From Spirochaetia bacterium (GTDB lineage: Bacteria > Spirochaetota > Spirochaetia > SZUA-6 > Bin103), in the NCBI GenBank assembly GCA_965208575.1, contig CBDBOV010000003.1:256001-320000 (forward strand): 64,000 nucleotides of DNA, in the 5' to 3' direction. Positions within the stretch are counted from its first letter, which is position 1. Every line of letters starts with the position of its first letter. A program made the translations under genes and the position numbers. Positions 1 through 9,964 of the stretch are shown here, piece after piece. The notes below the pieces were generated by a model. It saw only the letters and a list, made by a program, of their open reading frames with translations, was not told the origin of the DNA and did no database searches.

Positions 1-75
1 CAGGCGTGAGCGTAGCCAGGGAGCGGCAAGTCGCTCCGCAATACGCTCAAAAAACAACGATCTATGGAGAAAACC

Positions 76-1902
76 ATGAATGGTATCGTAAGCGTGATGA
101 GGACCTTCGCGGTTGCGTTGGTCCTCATCCTGACCGCGACCGGCCTGTGGGCCGCTGGCGAAGAAGAGGCACCGGCAGCGGCGGCCGAGAAGGAAATGGT
201 GCTCGACCCGACCACCGGGGAGATGGTGGAGGCGCCACGATATGGCGGGACGATAACCGTTCTCAGTCATGATTGGGCTCCTGCCACTATGGACCCGTAT
301 TTTTCGGCCCCTCAGGCCCTTCAGTATCTCACCCAGGTTCTAGAGAAGCTGGCCATTGGCGACTGGGGAATAGACAGGGACGTATATGACTGGTCGGGCC
401 CCCCGGTCTTTCCTATGAGTGCCATGCGCGGGGCGCTGGCGGAAAGCTGGGAGATTTCCTCGGATAACCTCACTTATACCTTCAAGATCCGCCAGGGCGT
501 TCAGTTCCACGACAAGGCACCGGTGAACGGCCGGGAGATGACTGCCAAGGACGTAGAATACAGCTTTCAACGCATGTTGGGAAGTAAGCTGACAGGGACC
601 GAGTTCAGTGAAACCGAACCTTCCCCCCACATTGGTACTTGGAAGGCTAGACAGGTCGAATCGGTGACGGCGACGGACGAATGGACGGTTGTCATGAAGC
701 TGAAACAGCCAGACCCCATGGCGCTGAGGGATAGCATCGACACGACCGTGTTTTACATGATTCCAAGGGAGGTAATCGATACATACGGTGACATGAAGGA
801 TTGGCGGAACGCGGTCGGCACCGGACCCTTTGAGATGGCTGAGTATGTCGAGGGCAGCTCTATAACCTATACGAAGCATCCCAACTACTGGAGCTTCGAC
901 GAAAAATTCCCGGACAACCGCCTGCCCTATGTTGACGAGATGAGGTTCGTGTTCATGACCGAGCCAGCAACGAAAATTGCCGCGCTGCGCACGGCTAAGG
1001 TCGATATCCAGGGCAGTCTCACGTACGCGCTCAAAAACAAGGACGACATGGAGAGGCTGCAACGGACCAACCCTGACATCGTGATAACCGAGCATCCTAA
1101 TCGGTCGGACTACGGTATCGGCATGAACACGCAGAAGGCGCCATTTGATGACATCCAGGTACGCAAGGCAATGCAGATGGCACTGGACCGTGAGACACTT
1201 CACAATACCTACTTCAAGGGGTGGGGAAGCTGGACACCTCACTCATTGCTGGCCAACGATATGCCAGTAGTTGGCACCGCATTCGAAGAGTGGCCCGAAG
1301 AGCTCAAGAAGATCTATGACTACGACCCGACAGAGGCCGAGAGGCTCCTTGATGAGGCGGGGTATCCGCGCGGCGCCGACGGCATCAGGTTCAAGCTCAC
1401 AATGGGACATTGGGAAGGCGGCGATCTGGACTATGCACAATTGGTAGCCGTTACCTACTTTCGTGACATTGGCGTTGAGGTAGAAGTTGAGCCAGTGCCA
1501 GGTGCGGAGTGGGCAAGTTACATTAACGCTGCACAGTGGGACATGTTTGGTGGTATGACAATGGCGGCGAAGTATGGTAATCCCCTGGGTTTTTTGAGTC
1601 AGCTCGGGACGGGTGCTTCTGCGAACCGCTGCAATTGCGCCGATCCGGCTTATGACGCCATTTTGGAAGCCGCCGGAAATGCAACCACGGAAGAGGAGTT
1701 TTTGCTGCAGGTAAGAGAGCTGATTGAGCACATAAAAGAGCAGGTTTGGTTCGTCTCGGGCCCGCAAATCCCATTACTAGGCGTGCACCAACCGTGGGTC
1801 AAAGGTCTCAACAAGGAATTTTGGCTGGGAAGTAACAAGACAAATGCCATCGTCCCCCGCCTCTGGGTCGACCAGGAGTTGAAGGCAGCGATGGGTTTTT
1901 AG
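76..1902 (+). CDS. ABC transporter substrate-binding protein, family 5 (cassette U1)
   Basis: Signal peptide, P.YGG, GALAESW, GTGPF, DEAGYPRGADG motifs; GGAG RBS favours ATG at 76 over 64. Confidence 0.92.
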   Translation: MNGIVSVMRTFAVALVLILTATGLWAAGEEEAPAAAAEKEMVLDPTTGEMVEAPRYGGTITVLSHDWAPATMDPYFSAPQALQYLTQVLEKLAIGDWGIDRDVYDWSGPPVFPMSAMRGALAESWEISSDNLTYTFKIRQGVQFHDKAPVNGREMTAKDVEYSFQRMLGSKLTGTEFSETEPSPHIGTWKARQVESVTATDEWTVVMKLKQPDPMALRDSIDTTVFYMIPREVIDTYGDMKDWRNAVGTGPFEMAEYVEGSSITYTKHPNYWSFDEKFPDNRLPYVDEMRFVFMTEPATKIAALRTAKVDIQGSLTYALKNKDDMERLQRTNPDIVITEHPNRSDYGIGMNTQKAPFDDIQVRKAMQMALDRETLHNTYFKGWGSWTPHSLLANDMPVVGTAFEEWPEELKKIYDYDPTEAERLLDEAGYPRGADGIRFKLTMGHWEGGDLDYAQLVAVTYFRDIGVEVEVEPVPGAEWASYINAAQWDMFGGMTMAAKYGNPLGFLSQLGTGASANRCNCADPAYDAILEAAGNATTEEEFLLQVRELIEHIKEQVWFVSGPQIPLLGVHQPWVKGLNKEFWLGSNKTNAIVPRLWVDQELKAAMGF

Positions 1903-1937
1903 GCGTTGCACCCCCGTGCCGCTGACCTTACGGAAAG

Positions 1938-1970
1938 AGGGAGCTGGGAGGCTCAGGATTCCCAGCTCCC
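1938..1970 (+). terminator. Intergenic hairpin between SBP and oppB (mRNA stabiliser or partial terminator)
   Basis: GGGAGCTGGGA...TCCCAGCTCCC inverted repeat; GC hairpins occupy the same position in U2, U3, U7, U8. Confidence 0.6.
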
Positions 1971-2013
1971 CAGCCCATTGAAATAGCGAACGGACGCGGT
2001 CGGTCATTATCAC

Positions 2014-3024
2014 ATGAGAGCCTATATCATCAGGAGGCTGTTGCTCATGATCCCCACCTTGTGGATATTGAGCATCCTGGTTTTTCTCTCGGTCCGCTTC
2101 ATCCCCGGCGACGCAATAGACGTGTGGGTGGCCAAGATGGCGGTCTATGGCGAGGCCCTCCAGGACTTTGACCGTGAAGATTTCATGCGTTTTCTCGGCT
2201 TGGACGTGCCTGTGTACGTGCAGTATGGACGCTGGATAGGAGTGTTGCCGTCCCCCGACTGGGTCACCGGCGAGCCCTACTTCAGAGGTCTCCTCCAGGG
2301 CACCCTTGGCGAATCAATGGGGGGCAGCGCTGCTTCCATAGAGGAACGCCTGATAGGTAGATTGCCGGTAACCATTCAACTTGGCGTGATGGCAATCGTA
2401 ATCGGGCTGCTGATAGCCCTGCCGGTCGGCATCTACTCGGCGATTCGGCAGGATACGGCCGCCGACTACGCAGGGCGTACCACGGGCATCATCGGCATGT
2501 CAGTGCCTAACTTCTGGCTGGCAATCATGGTCATGATCTACCCGGTAGTCTGGTGGGGCTGGTCGCCACCGCTGGAGTGGGTTCCGTTCACCGAAGACCC
2601 ACTGGGAAGTCTCAAGGGGTTACTCATTCCCAGCGTGATTCTGGGCACGGGCATGTCCGCGGGCACGATGCGGTTGACGCGCACCACGATGCTGGAGGTA
2701 CTCAGGCAAGACTATATCAGAACCGCCTGGTCCAAGGGTCTCAATGAGAGGGTAGTTGTTATGAGACACGCCGTCAAGAATGCCCTCATCCCGGTAGTTA
2801 CTGTGATCGGCATGCAGTTGCCTCTGCTGGTCGGTGGCTCGGTTATCATAGAGAACATATTCAACCTGCCGGGGGTGGGTCGTCTCTTTCTGACCGCACT
2901 CGTTGACCGAGACTACCCGATGGTGTCCGGAGTCAACCTGTTCTTGGCGACCGTGGTGGTAGGGGCCAATCTGATCATCGACCTGATTTATCCGTACTTG
3001 GACCCCAGGGTCCGATACAGCTAA
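2014..3024 (+). CDS. OppB/DppB-type permease (U1)
   Basis: MRAYIIRRLL N-terminus, QDYIRTAWSKG EAA loop, LDPRVRY C-terminus. Confidence 0.93.
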   Translation: MRAYIIRRLLLMIPTLWILSILVFLSVRFIPGDAIDVWVAKMAVYGEALQDFDREDFMRFLGLDVPVYVQYGRWIGVLPSPDWVTGEPYFRGLLQGTLGESMGGSAASIEERLIGRLPVTIQLGVMAIVIGLLIALPVGIYSAIRQDTAADYAGRTTGIIGMSVPNFWLAIMVMIYPVVWWGWSPPLEWVPFTEDPLGSLKGLLIPSVILGTGMSAGTMRLTRTTMLEVLRQDYIRTAWSKGLNERVVVMRHAVKNALIPVVTVIGMQLPLLVGGSVIIENIFNLPGVGRLFLTALVDRDYPMVSGVNLFLATVVVGANLIIDLIYPYLDPRVRYS

Positions 3025-3042
3025 AAGGGGGAAATCGTGCAT

Positions 3043-3975
3043 ATGAGCGACGCCACAGGGGTACCATCACCAGTAATCGAGGCAAACAGACGGAGCCCGC
3101 TGGCTGATTTCTTTATCAGGCTGGTAACGGAGAAGCCGGTGGGTACTGCCTGCGGGATTATCATATTGATATTGATCCTTGTCGCTATCTTTGGCGGTGT
3201 TCTGACTCCTTATCCATATGATGAAGCAAACATTCATGACATGATGAAGGGCCCATCAGCCCAGTATCTGCTGGGTACCGACCAGTTGGGGCGAGACTTG
3301 TTGAGCCGCATTATCTACGGGGCTCGTATTTCGCTACTTGTCGGTCTGACCGTGACCACTATCAGTGTTGTCGTCAGTACCCTGATAGGCGGCACTTCAG
3401 GATTCATTGGCGGTAAATTGGACCTGGGTGTGCAGCGATTTGTCGATGCTTGGCTGGCTTTCCCGGGACTGCTCCTGCTGCTGACGATGATGTCCATAGT
3501 CGGGCGCGGTCTGCCGCAGATAATACTGGTCCTGGGGATATCAGGAGGTATTGGCGGCAGTTGAGTAATCAGAGGCGCCGTGATCGGCATCAAAGAGAAT
3601 GTGTATTTTCAGGCGGCCGACGCCGTTGGCTCGTCGAGATTGCGAACATTCATGCGCCACGTGGTGCCGAATGTCCTGCCTATCGTAATCATAATGTTCA
3701 GCGTCACCATAGGTGGCGTAATCCTGTCGTTGGCTGCTCTGGGCTTCCTCGGATTTGGTCTGCCTCCCGGCACTCCTGATTGGGGGGGTCTGCTCAGCCG
3801 GGAGGGACGCCAGTACATGGAGGCAGCGCCGCGGCTGGCGTTCTGGCCCGGTCTGTGCCTGACTATCACCGTCTTCAGTCTCAACATGTTCGGCGACGCC
3901 GTGCGAGACCTGCTCGACCCGCGGCTGCGGGGTGGCAGCGGTCGTCTCGCTGGCGGCGGCGCCACGTCGGTTTGA
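3043..3975 (+). pseudogene. OppC/DppC-type permease with in-frame nonsense codon (U1)
   Basis: TGA at 3562-3564 in GGS*VIRG where paralogues have Arg; same frame continues to DAVRDLLDPRL. Confidence 0.88.
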
Positions 3976-4114
3976 GAGAGTGCGCGTGCGGGCAGAGGCG
4001 CGCAGGCGCCCACTGCCGGGCACGGGCCGATACCATCGTGACGCGCACGTGACGCTCCGGCCGTGCCTGCGTGTTGCATCGACGACCGGATAGTGTGCTA
4101 CTCTCCCACACTAC

Positions 4115-4330
4115 ATGGGGCTGGTGAACGCCGATCTTGAGCTCTCCAATCCGCGCGACTCCGCCCGCCGTCCGATGCGCGTAAACAGCTTGGTGGATAC
4201 CGGCGCCCTGCATCTCCGTGTTCCAGAGCATGTCGCCCTGCAGCTTGGTCTGGAAGAACTCTACCAGCGCGAAGTAACGACCGCCGACGGCGCCAAGCAC
4301 CTGGCACCGTATGTGTTGCCGCCATGTGTT
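4115..4330 (+). pseudogene. Clan AA (retropepsin-like) aspartyl protease, 3' truncated
   Basis: LVDTGA catalytic motif, TADG; the C-terminal LLG motif is missing. Confidence 0.7.
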
Positions 4331-4347
4331 CCATGTGTTAGGGCTGG

Positions 4348-4869
4348 TTGACCCGCATTGCAGGTCCGTGCTAGGGTCGCACCGCAAAGTCATGCACGGC
4401 CCCTGTAGGCCCCCACAACAAGTCAAGTTAGCCCCCCCCCAGCTCTTCATATCCCGTAGATCGCTAACTGCTCGGGCTGGTCGCCCCGCGGGCGCCTTCG
4501 GCTTCAGCACTGGGGGTAGCGGCCGGCTCCGTGTACGTCGGCTCAGTCCACGTTCGTTCACTGACCAGCGCAACCGTCCTGGATCCCCGGTCCCCAACTC
4601 ACCGTCGCAAACGCAACGCCGTCAGGTATCTGGCTGGCCACCCTGTGGCCTGTGGCCCCGAAAAAAGCAGAAAGGAGGTGCACGCTGGTACTCGAGCAAC
4701 CACGCAACGCGCGCGGCCTGAGCCCATGAGCCCATGAGTGACGTGCCGCGCGCTGGACGATCCGAGATTGCCGTCGCTGCGCAGCCGCCCGCGTTGCGGG
4801 CGCGAAAGTGCGCAGGGAGTGGCGATTCGCTACAAATATACTCTCAAAACCCAACATACGGAGTTACGT
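4348..4869 (+). promoter_or_regulatory. Conserved cassette leader U2
   Basis: TTGACC-N18-TAGGGT 4348-4377; uORF1 4392-4721 with C9 at 4432-4440; AGGAGGTG 4673-4680 then CTG uORF2 4685-4729; hairpins to 4845; homologous to 9550-9940. Confidence 0.7.
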
Positions 4870-6690
4870 ATGAACATTGTAATGACTACAAAGACCTTCG
4901 CGGTTGCGTTGGTCCTCGCCCTGGTCGCCACCGGCGTCTCGGCGAGCCCGGCCGGGGAAGAGGAGCCGGCCGCGGCGATGGAGAAGGAGATGGTGATGGA
5001 CCCGTCCACCGGCAAGATGGTGACCGCACCCGAGTACGGCGGCACCCTCACCATCGCATCCAAGAACGAGCTCCTGGACCAGGATCCGTCGATCGGCGGA
5101 CACTGGGCCGGCTTTCAGATCATGGGGGTGAACGAGAAGCTGGCATACGTCAACTGGGCCACGCCGCGGGACGAGTACCCCTTGACCTTTTGGTACACGC
5201 CGCCCCAGCACCTCACCGGGTGGCTGGCAGAGAGCTGGTCGAATCCCGACCTGCAGACGCTCATCGTCAAGGTCCGGCAGGGCGTTCACTGGCACGACAA
5301 GCCGCCGATGAACGGACGCGAGCTGACCGCCGAAGACGTCGCCTGGACCTACCGCCGCATCGGTGGCCTCCTCGACTGGAAGCCGGAGTATACCTACGCC
5401 CTGCGCAACTTTCCGTGGGAATCCATCGAGGCCACCGACCGGTACACGGTCGAGTTCAAGCTGACCGAGCCGCGTCTGGACTTGCAGAACCAGGTGCTCA
5501 CCGAGGTCGGCGTCTGGATCCTGCCACCGGAGGTCATCGAGCAGCACGGCAACTACTCCGATTGGCGGAACGTGGTCGGCACCGGGCCGTTCATGCTGGC
5601 TGACTTCCAACCCGAGGTACGCAAGCAGTGGGTGCGCAATCCCGACTACTGGGGCTTCGACGAGAAGTACCCGGACAACCGGCTGCCCTACGTCGATGAG
5701 CTGGTGGCTCTCCATATGAAGGAAGAGGCGACCTACACTGCCGCGCTGCGCACCGGCCAGGTAGACATGCTTACTGTCGGCGGCGGCATCGCGCTGGCCA
5801 CCGTCGAAGCGGTGGATGCCATCCTGAAGACCAACCCCGACATGCAGGCAGTCCCGTTCTACAGTCGCGCACTGCAGGTGTCCGGCCTGAACATCCGCCG
5901 GCCGCCGTTCGACGACATCCGCGTGCGCAAGGCGATGAACATGGCGATCGACCGCGATGCCATCAACGAGAGCTACTACGGCGGGTATGCCTACCCGACG
6001 GTGCAGGGCTGGGTCGGCGCCGCGCTCGGCGAGATGCACACTCCGTTCGCGGAGCGGTCCGCGGATCTGCAGGCTGAGTACTCCTACCATCCGCAGGAGG
6101 CCGAGCGCTTGCTTGACGAGGCCGGCTACCCGCGCGGCGCGGACGGGGTGCGGTTCAAGGTCACCTACGACCACCGCGACGTGATCGACCTCGGATGGGT
6201 CGAGATCGTGGCCGGCTACTGGAAGGCGATCGGCGTAGAGGTGGAGATCACGGTGATGGACACCGGCGCCTGGGTCGATCGCCGCGCCCGCGGGCTCTAC
6301 GAGATGACGACCGGCGACTCCGGCTGGGATCTGAGTCCCGCGCACATCATGAGCTACTACGGCTACGTCCACAACTACCAGGGCGAAGGGCAGGCGAACC
6401 AGGCGGGCGAATACACCGGCGGGCTCAAGGACGCGACCATGAGTCGGCTCTACGAGGCGTTCCAGGCTGCGACCAGCCAAGAAGCGCGGATCCCGATCAT
6501 GCGAGAGTTCGACGATTACATCATGCGCCAGCACTTCCAGGTCTACGGCCACAAGGCGCCGGCGTTCCAGCTGGCCAACCCCTGGGTCAAGGGCTGGAAC
6601 GGCGAGACGTTCCTCACGGATATGAGCAACAACGAGATTCTGGTGCGGGTCTGGATCGACCAGGACCTGAAGGCGAAAATGGGCTTCTGA
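4870..6690 (+). CDS. ABC SBP family 5 (U2)
   Basis: Same motifs as U1; GGAG RBS before ATG 4870. Confidence 0.92.
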   Translation: MNIVMTTKTFAVALVLALVATGVSASPAGEEEPAAAMEKEMVMDPSTGKMVTAPEYGGTLTIASKNELLDQDPSIGGHWAGFQIMGVNEKLAYVNWATPRDEYPLTFWYTPPQHLTGWLAESWSNPDLQTLIVKVRQGVHWHDKPPMNGRELTAEDVAWTYRRIGGLLDWKPEYTYALRNFPWESIEATDRYTVEFKLTEPRLDLQNQVLTEVGVWILPPEVIEQHGNYSDWRNVVGTGPFMLADFQPEVRKQWVRNPDYWGFDEKYPDNRLPYVDELVALHMKEEATYTAALRTGQVDMLTVGGGIALATVEAVDAILKTNPDMQAVPFYSRALQVSGLNIRRPPFDDIRVRKAMNMAIDRDAINESYYGGYAYPTVQGWVGAALGEMHTPFAERSADLQAEYSYHPQEAERLLDEAGYPRGADGVRFKVTYDHRDVIDLGWVEIVAGYWKAIGVEVEITVMDTGAWVDRRARGLYEMTTGDSGWDLSPAHIMSYYGYVHNYQGEGQANQAGEYTGGLKDATMSRLYEAFQAATSQEARIPIMREFDDYIMRQHFQVYGHKAPAFQLANPWVKGWNGETFLTDMSNNEILVRVWIDQDLKAKMGF

Positions 6691-6782
6691 CCCCGGCCGG
6701 CAGAGGGTCGAACCAACGCGGGGTGGCGGGGACGACCTGCCACCCCGTTTTCTTGCGCAACGGAGTGTGGAGGTGAGCTGAC

Positions 6783-7751
6783 GTGCGGGCGTATTTGATC
6801 AGGCGGGTGCTGCTGGTCATCCCCACCATCTTGATCATCACTGTCCTGGTGTTTCTGTCGGTGCGCTTCATTCCCGGCAGCGTCATCGAGGTGATGGTCG
6901 CCCGGATGGGCTACGAAGGCGGCGGCGCGATCGACATTGCTGCCGCGAAAAAGCGGCTCGGGCTCGACGTCCCCGTTCCCGTGCAGTACGGGCGGTGGAT
7001 CGGGAACATCGTCGTGCGTGGCACCCTCGGCAGCTCGCTATACGGCGGCTCGAGCGGCTACACCGTGGAGGCGATGATGGCCTCCAGGATAGGCGTGACC
7101 CTGGAGCTGGGGCTGCTGGCGATCCTGACCGGTTTGATCATCGCGGTGCCGATCGGTATCTATTCGGCGATTCGGCAGTACACGGTGGCCGACTACGCTG
7201 GCCGCTCGGCGGCGATCGTCGGCCTGTCGACCCCGAACTTCTGGCTCGCGCTGCTGGTCATCATCTATCCGGCCATCTGGTGGGGGTGGACGCCGCCGCT
7301 GACGCACGTCCGCTTCGCCGTCGACCCGCTGGCGAACCTCACCATGTTCCTGTTTCCCGCCCTGATCCTGGGGACCTACCTGGCGGCCAGCACGATGCGC
7401 ATGACCCGCACCATGATGCTGGAGGTGCTGCGCCAGGACTATGTAAGGACGGCTTGGGCCAAGGGCCTGCAGGAGCGCAGGGTGGTGCTCCGGCACGTCG
7501 TCAAGAACGCCCTCATCCCGGTGGTCACGCTGATCGGCCTGCAACTGCCGATCATCGCCGGTGGCTCGGTGATCATCGAGACCATTTTCAACCTGCCCGG
7601 GCTCGGACGCCTGATGCTGAGCGCGCTCAACCTGCGCGACTACCCGGTGGTGTCCGGCGTGAACCTGTTCTTCGCCTCGGTGGTGGTGCTGATCAACCTC
7701 GCCACCGACCTGGCGTACGCCTACCTGGATCCGAGGATCCGCTATGAGTGA
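6783..7751 (+). CDS. OppB-type permease (U2)
   Basis: EAA loop, LDPRIRY. Confidence 0.93.
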   Translation: MRAYLIRRVLLVIPTILIITVLVFLSVRFIPGSVIEVMVARMGYEGGGAIDIAAAKKRLGLDVPVPVQYGRWIGNIVVRGTLGSSLYGGSSGYTVEAMMASRIGVTLELGLLAILTGLIIAVPIGIYSAIRQYTVADYAGRSAAIVGLSTPNFWLALLVIIYPAIWWGWTPPLTHVRFAVDPLANLTMFLFPALILGTYLAASTMRMTRTMMLEVLRQDYVRTAWAKGLQERRVVLRHVVKNALIPVVTLIGLQLPIIAGGSVIIETIFNLPGLGRLMLSALNLRDYPVVSGVNLFFASVVVLINLATDLAYAYLDPRIRYE

Positions 7752-8736
7752 GTCGAATGCGTCGAATGCGCCGCTTTCGGTCGACGCGGGCGGCAGTCCG
7801 GTGGGTGAGGCGGCGCGTGACCCGGGCGGCGGCCGGCGCCGCCCCTTGACTGACTTCTTCGGTCGATTGCTGCGCCAGCAGCCGCTGGGCGCCGCGGCCG
7901 GCGTGGTCCTGTTGGGGCTGATCTTCGTCGCCGTCTTTGCCGAGCAGTTGACGCCGCACGAGTACGACATCGGCCGCGTGCAGGACCGCTTGCAGGCGCC
8001 CTCCGCCGAGCACCCGCTCGGCACCGATCACGCCGGCCGCGACGTGCTGGCGCGGATCCTCAAGGGCGCTCAGGTGTCGCTGCTGGTGGGGCTGATAGCG
8101 ACCCTGCTGAACACCATCGTGGCGCTGCTGGTGGGCGGCACCACGGGCTTCATCGGCGGCCGGGTCGACATCTACGCCCAGCGCTTCGTCGATGCCTGGA
8201 TGTCGTTCCCGGGATTGCTGCTGCTGCTCACCATCATGTCGTTCGTCGATCGCAGCATCGTCACGGTGATCGTGGTGCTGGGTGTCACCGGCGGCATTCC
8301 GGCGTCGCGGGTGGTGCGCGGCGCGGTGATCGGCGTCAAGGAGAACGCCTACTTCCAAGCCGCGGAGGCGGCCGGCGCGCGCCGGCGCCGGATCCTGGTG
8401 CGCCACGTGCTGCCCAACATCGCCGCGCCGCTGATCGTGATCTTCAGCATCAACGTCGGCAGCGTCATCATCGCCGAGGCCAGCTTGAGCTTCCTCGGTT
8501 TCGGCCTGCCGGTGAACGTGCCGAGCTGGGGCGGCATGCTGAGCCGCGAAGGGCGGAGGTACATGGAGCTGGCGCCGCGGCTGGCGCTGTGGCCCGGTCT
8601 GTTCCTGACGGTGACGGTGTACTGCCTCAACATGGTGGGCGACGCGGTCCGCGACCTGCTCGACCCGCGCCTGCGCGGCACCGCCGGCCGCTACGGGGGC
8701 TCCACGTCCCGCCGCCGCGGAGTTGGCACGCCCTGA
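7744..8736 (+). CDS. OppC-type permease (U2)
   Basis: LGTDHAGRD, RHVLPN, DAVRDLLDPR; overlaps oppB stop. Confidence 0.93.
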   Translation: MSESNASNAPLSVDAGGSPVGEAARDPGGGRRRPLTDFFGRLLRQQPLGAAAGVVLLGLIFVAVFAEQLTPHEYDIGRVQDRLQAPSAEHPLGTDHAGRDVLARILKGAQVSLLVGLIATLLNTIVALLVGGTTGFIGGRVDIYAQRFVDAWMSFPGLLLLLTIMSFVDRSIVTVIVVLGVTGGIPASRVVRGAVIGVKENAYFQAAEAAGARRRRILVRHVLPNIAAPLIVIFSINVGSVIIAEASLSFLGFGLPVNVPSWGGMLSREGRRYMELAPRLALWPGLFLTVTVYCLNMVGDAVRDLLDPRLRGTAGRYGGSTSRRRGVGTP

Positions 8737-8867
8737 GTGCCCGCGACGACTGACGGCGGCAGGATAACGGGGCCGTCAGGCACGCAAGCGTCCGTTACCA
8801 CGGTGTGGATTGTCCGTGACGGCGAGGTTTCGCCACGCTTCGTGACGGCCTATCCTGGGAGTGGATA

Positions 8868-9104
8868 ATGAAGTTCAGACTACTAGATACGGTCGTGCTC
8901 ACGAGAGATCATGAGGAGTTTGGACTCCGACGCGGAGACGTTGGAGCGGTGGTTGAGGTCTATCAGCCTGACAGGTTTGAAGTCGAGTTCGTCACCGCGT
9001 CCGGAAAGACAGAAGCTGTTGTGACGCTGGGGGATAACGATCTGCGTCCTGTCTGCGATTCTGACCTTCTGTCGGTGAGACCCGTCGTGCAGCGATCGGC
9101 ATAG
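8868..9104 (+). CDS. DUF4926-like small protein (TA-associated)
   Basis: LLDTVVL...GDVGAVVEVY...FEVEFV pattern; RBS present. Confidence 0.75.
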   Translation: MKFRLLDTVVLTRDHEEFGLRRGDVGAVVEVYQPDRFEVEFVTASGKTEAVVTLGDNDLRPVCDSDLLSVRPVVQRSA

Positions 9105-9175
9105 CCGGCGCGGCCGGCGCTGGTCTGCTCGACCGCGGCCACGTAAAGGGACCGCATGCAAGGCCCGCCGGCGGG

Positions 9176-9297
9176 TGGGGGCGGAGGCGGGCCACCTGAT
9201 CGTGTTCGACCGCGCGCCGGACCGAACCTGGGCGCAGAAGATCTTTGGCTGCGCGCCGTCGGGAGCTGGCGTGCCGGTCACGGTCTGGGGGATGTAG
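9176..9297 (+). pseudogene. C-terminal fragment of an ATP-binding/PD-(D/E)XK-type protein
   Basis: GHLIVFDR..W..KIF...VTVWGM* resembles a recalled C-terminus; no start. Confidence 0.4.
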
Positions 9298-9425
9298 CGG
9301 CAAGCGCGATGTCGCTGTTAGCCTGTTGAGCCTGTTGACAGGTGGTCGCGGCGTGAGTTACGGTGGCTGAGAGTGGCAAGCCCGACCGATGGGATGGTGG
9401 TGATCACGTGACCGACGACACGCGG

Positions 9426-9964
9426 TTGACGGCTGTTGCAGAGCCGGCTATGGTGAACACGTTGGGATCGCGACCGATGCGCATGATGCATGACGACCCG
9501 AACCCGCGCAGCCACTGGTGGCCCTCGAAGCGGCCGGTGATACGTCTGTCCCCCCCCCCCCCCCCAGCGTTTTCGTACATCCGGTAGATCACTAACCGTA
9601 ACCGCTCGGGCTGGTCGCGCCGCGGGCGCTTTCGCCTTCAGCACCGGGGTAGCGGGCGGCTGCGCCGGGCGCCGGCTCAGTCCACGTTCGCTCACTCGTT
9701 CACTGACGCCCGCCACGGTCCTGGATCCCCCTTCCACTGGTCAATCACGTCATCACATCCACAACAACCCGGTATTCCCGGCGTACAGGAGGTGCAAAGT
9801 GGTACGCAAAGAACCGGACGCGCGCGCGGCGTAAGCCCCGTGAGTCACGCGCCGCGCGCCTGCGGAGTTGACTCTGTTCGAACGCCTGCGTTGCGGGCGC
9901 TGAGAGTACCGGAAGCGGCAATCGCTACCCGATACTCTCGAAATCTTTCTATCAGGAGTTGGTT
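9426..9964 (+). promoter_or_regulatory. Conserved cassette leader U3
   Basis: TTGACG-N17-TATGGT 9426-9454; uORF1 9477-9587 (36 aa) with C16 at 9550-9565; AGGAGGTG then GTG uORF2 9799-9834 MVRKEPDARAA; hairpins to 9939. Confidence 0.75.

Noticed and set aside
3562-3564. Selenocysteine or recoded TGA in oppC
   Set aside because: Paralogues have Arg; a CGA-to-TGA transition is simpler, and TGA is a normal stop elsewhere
4864-6552. Long antisense ORFs (also 39926-41800, 33718-35037, 50350-52002)
   Set aside because: High-GC shadow frames of real genes; only the last 95 aa of 50350-52002 is a real antitoxin
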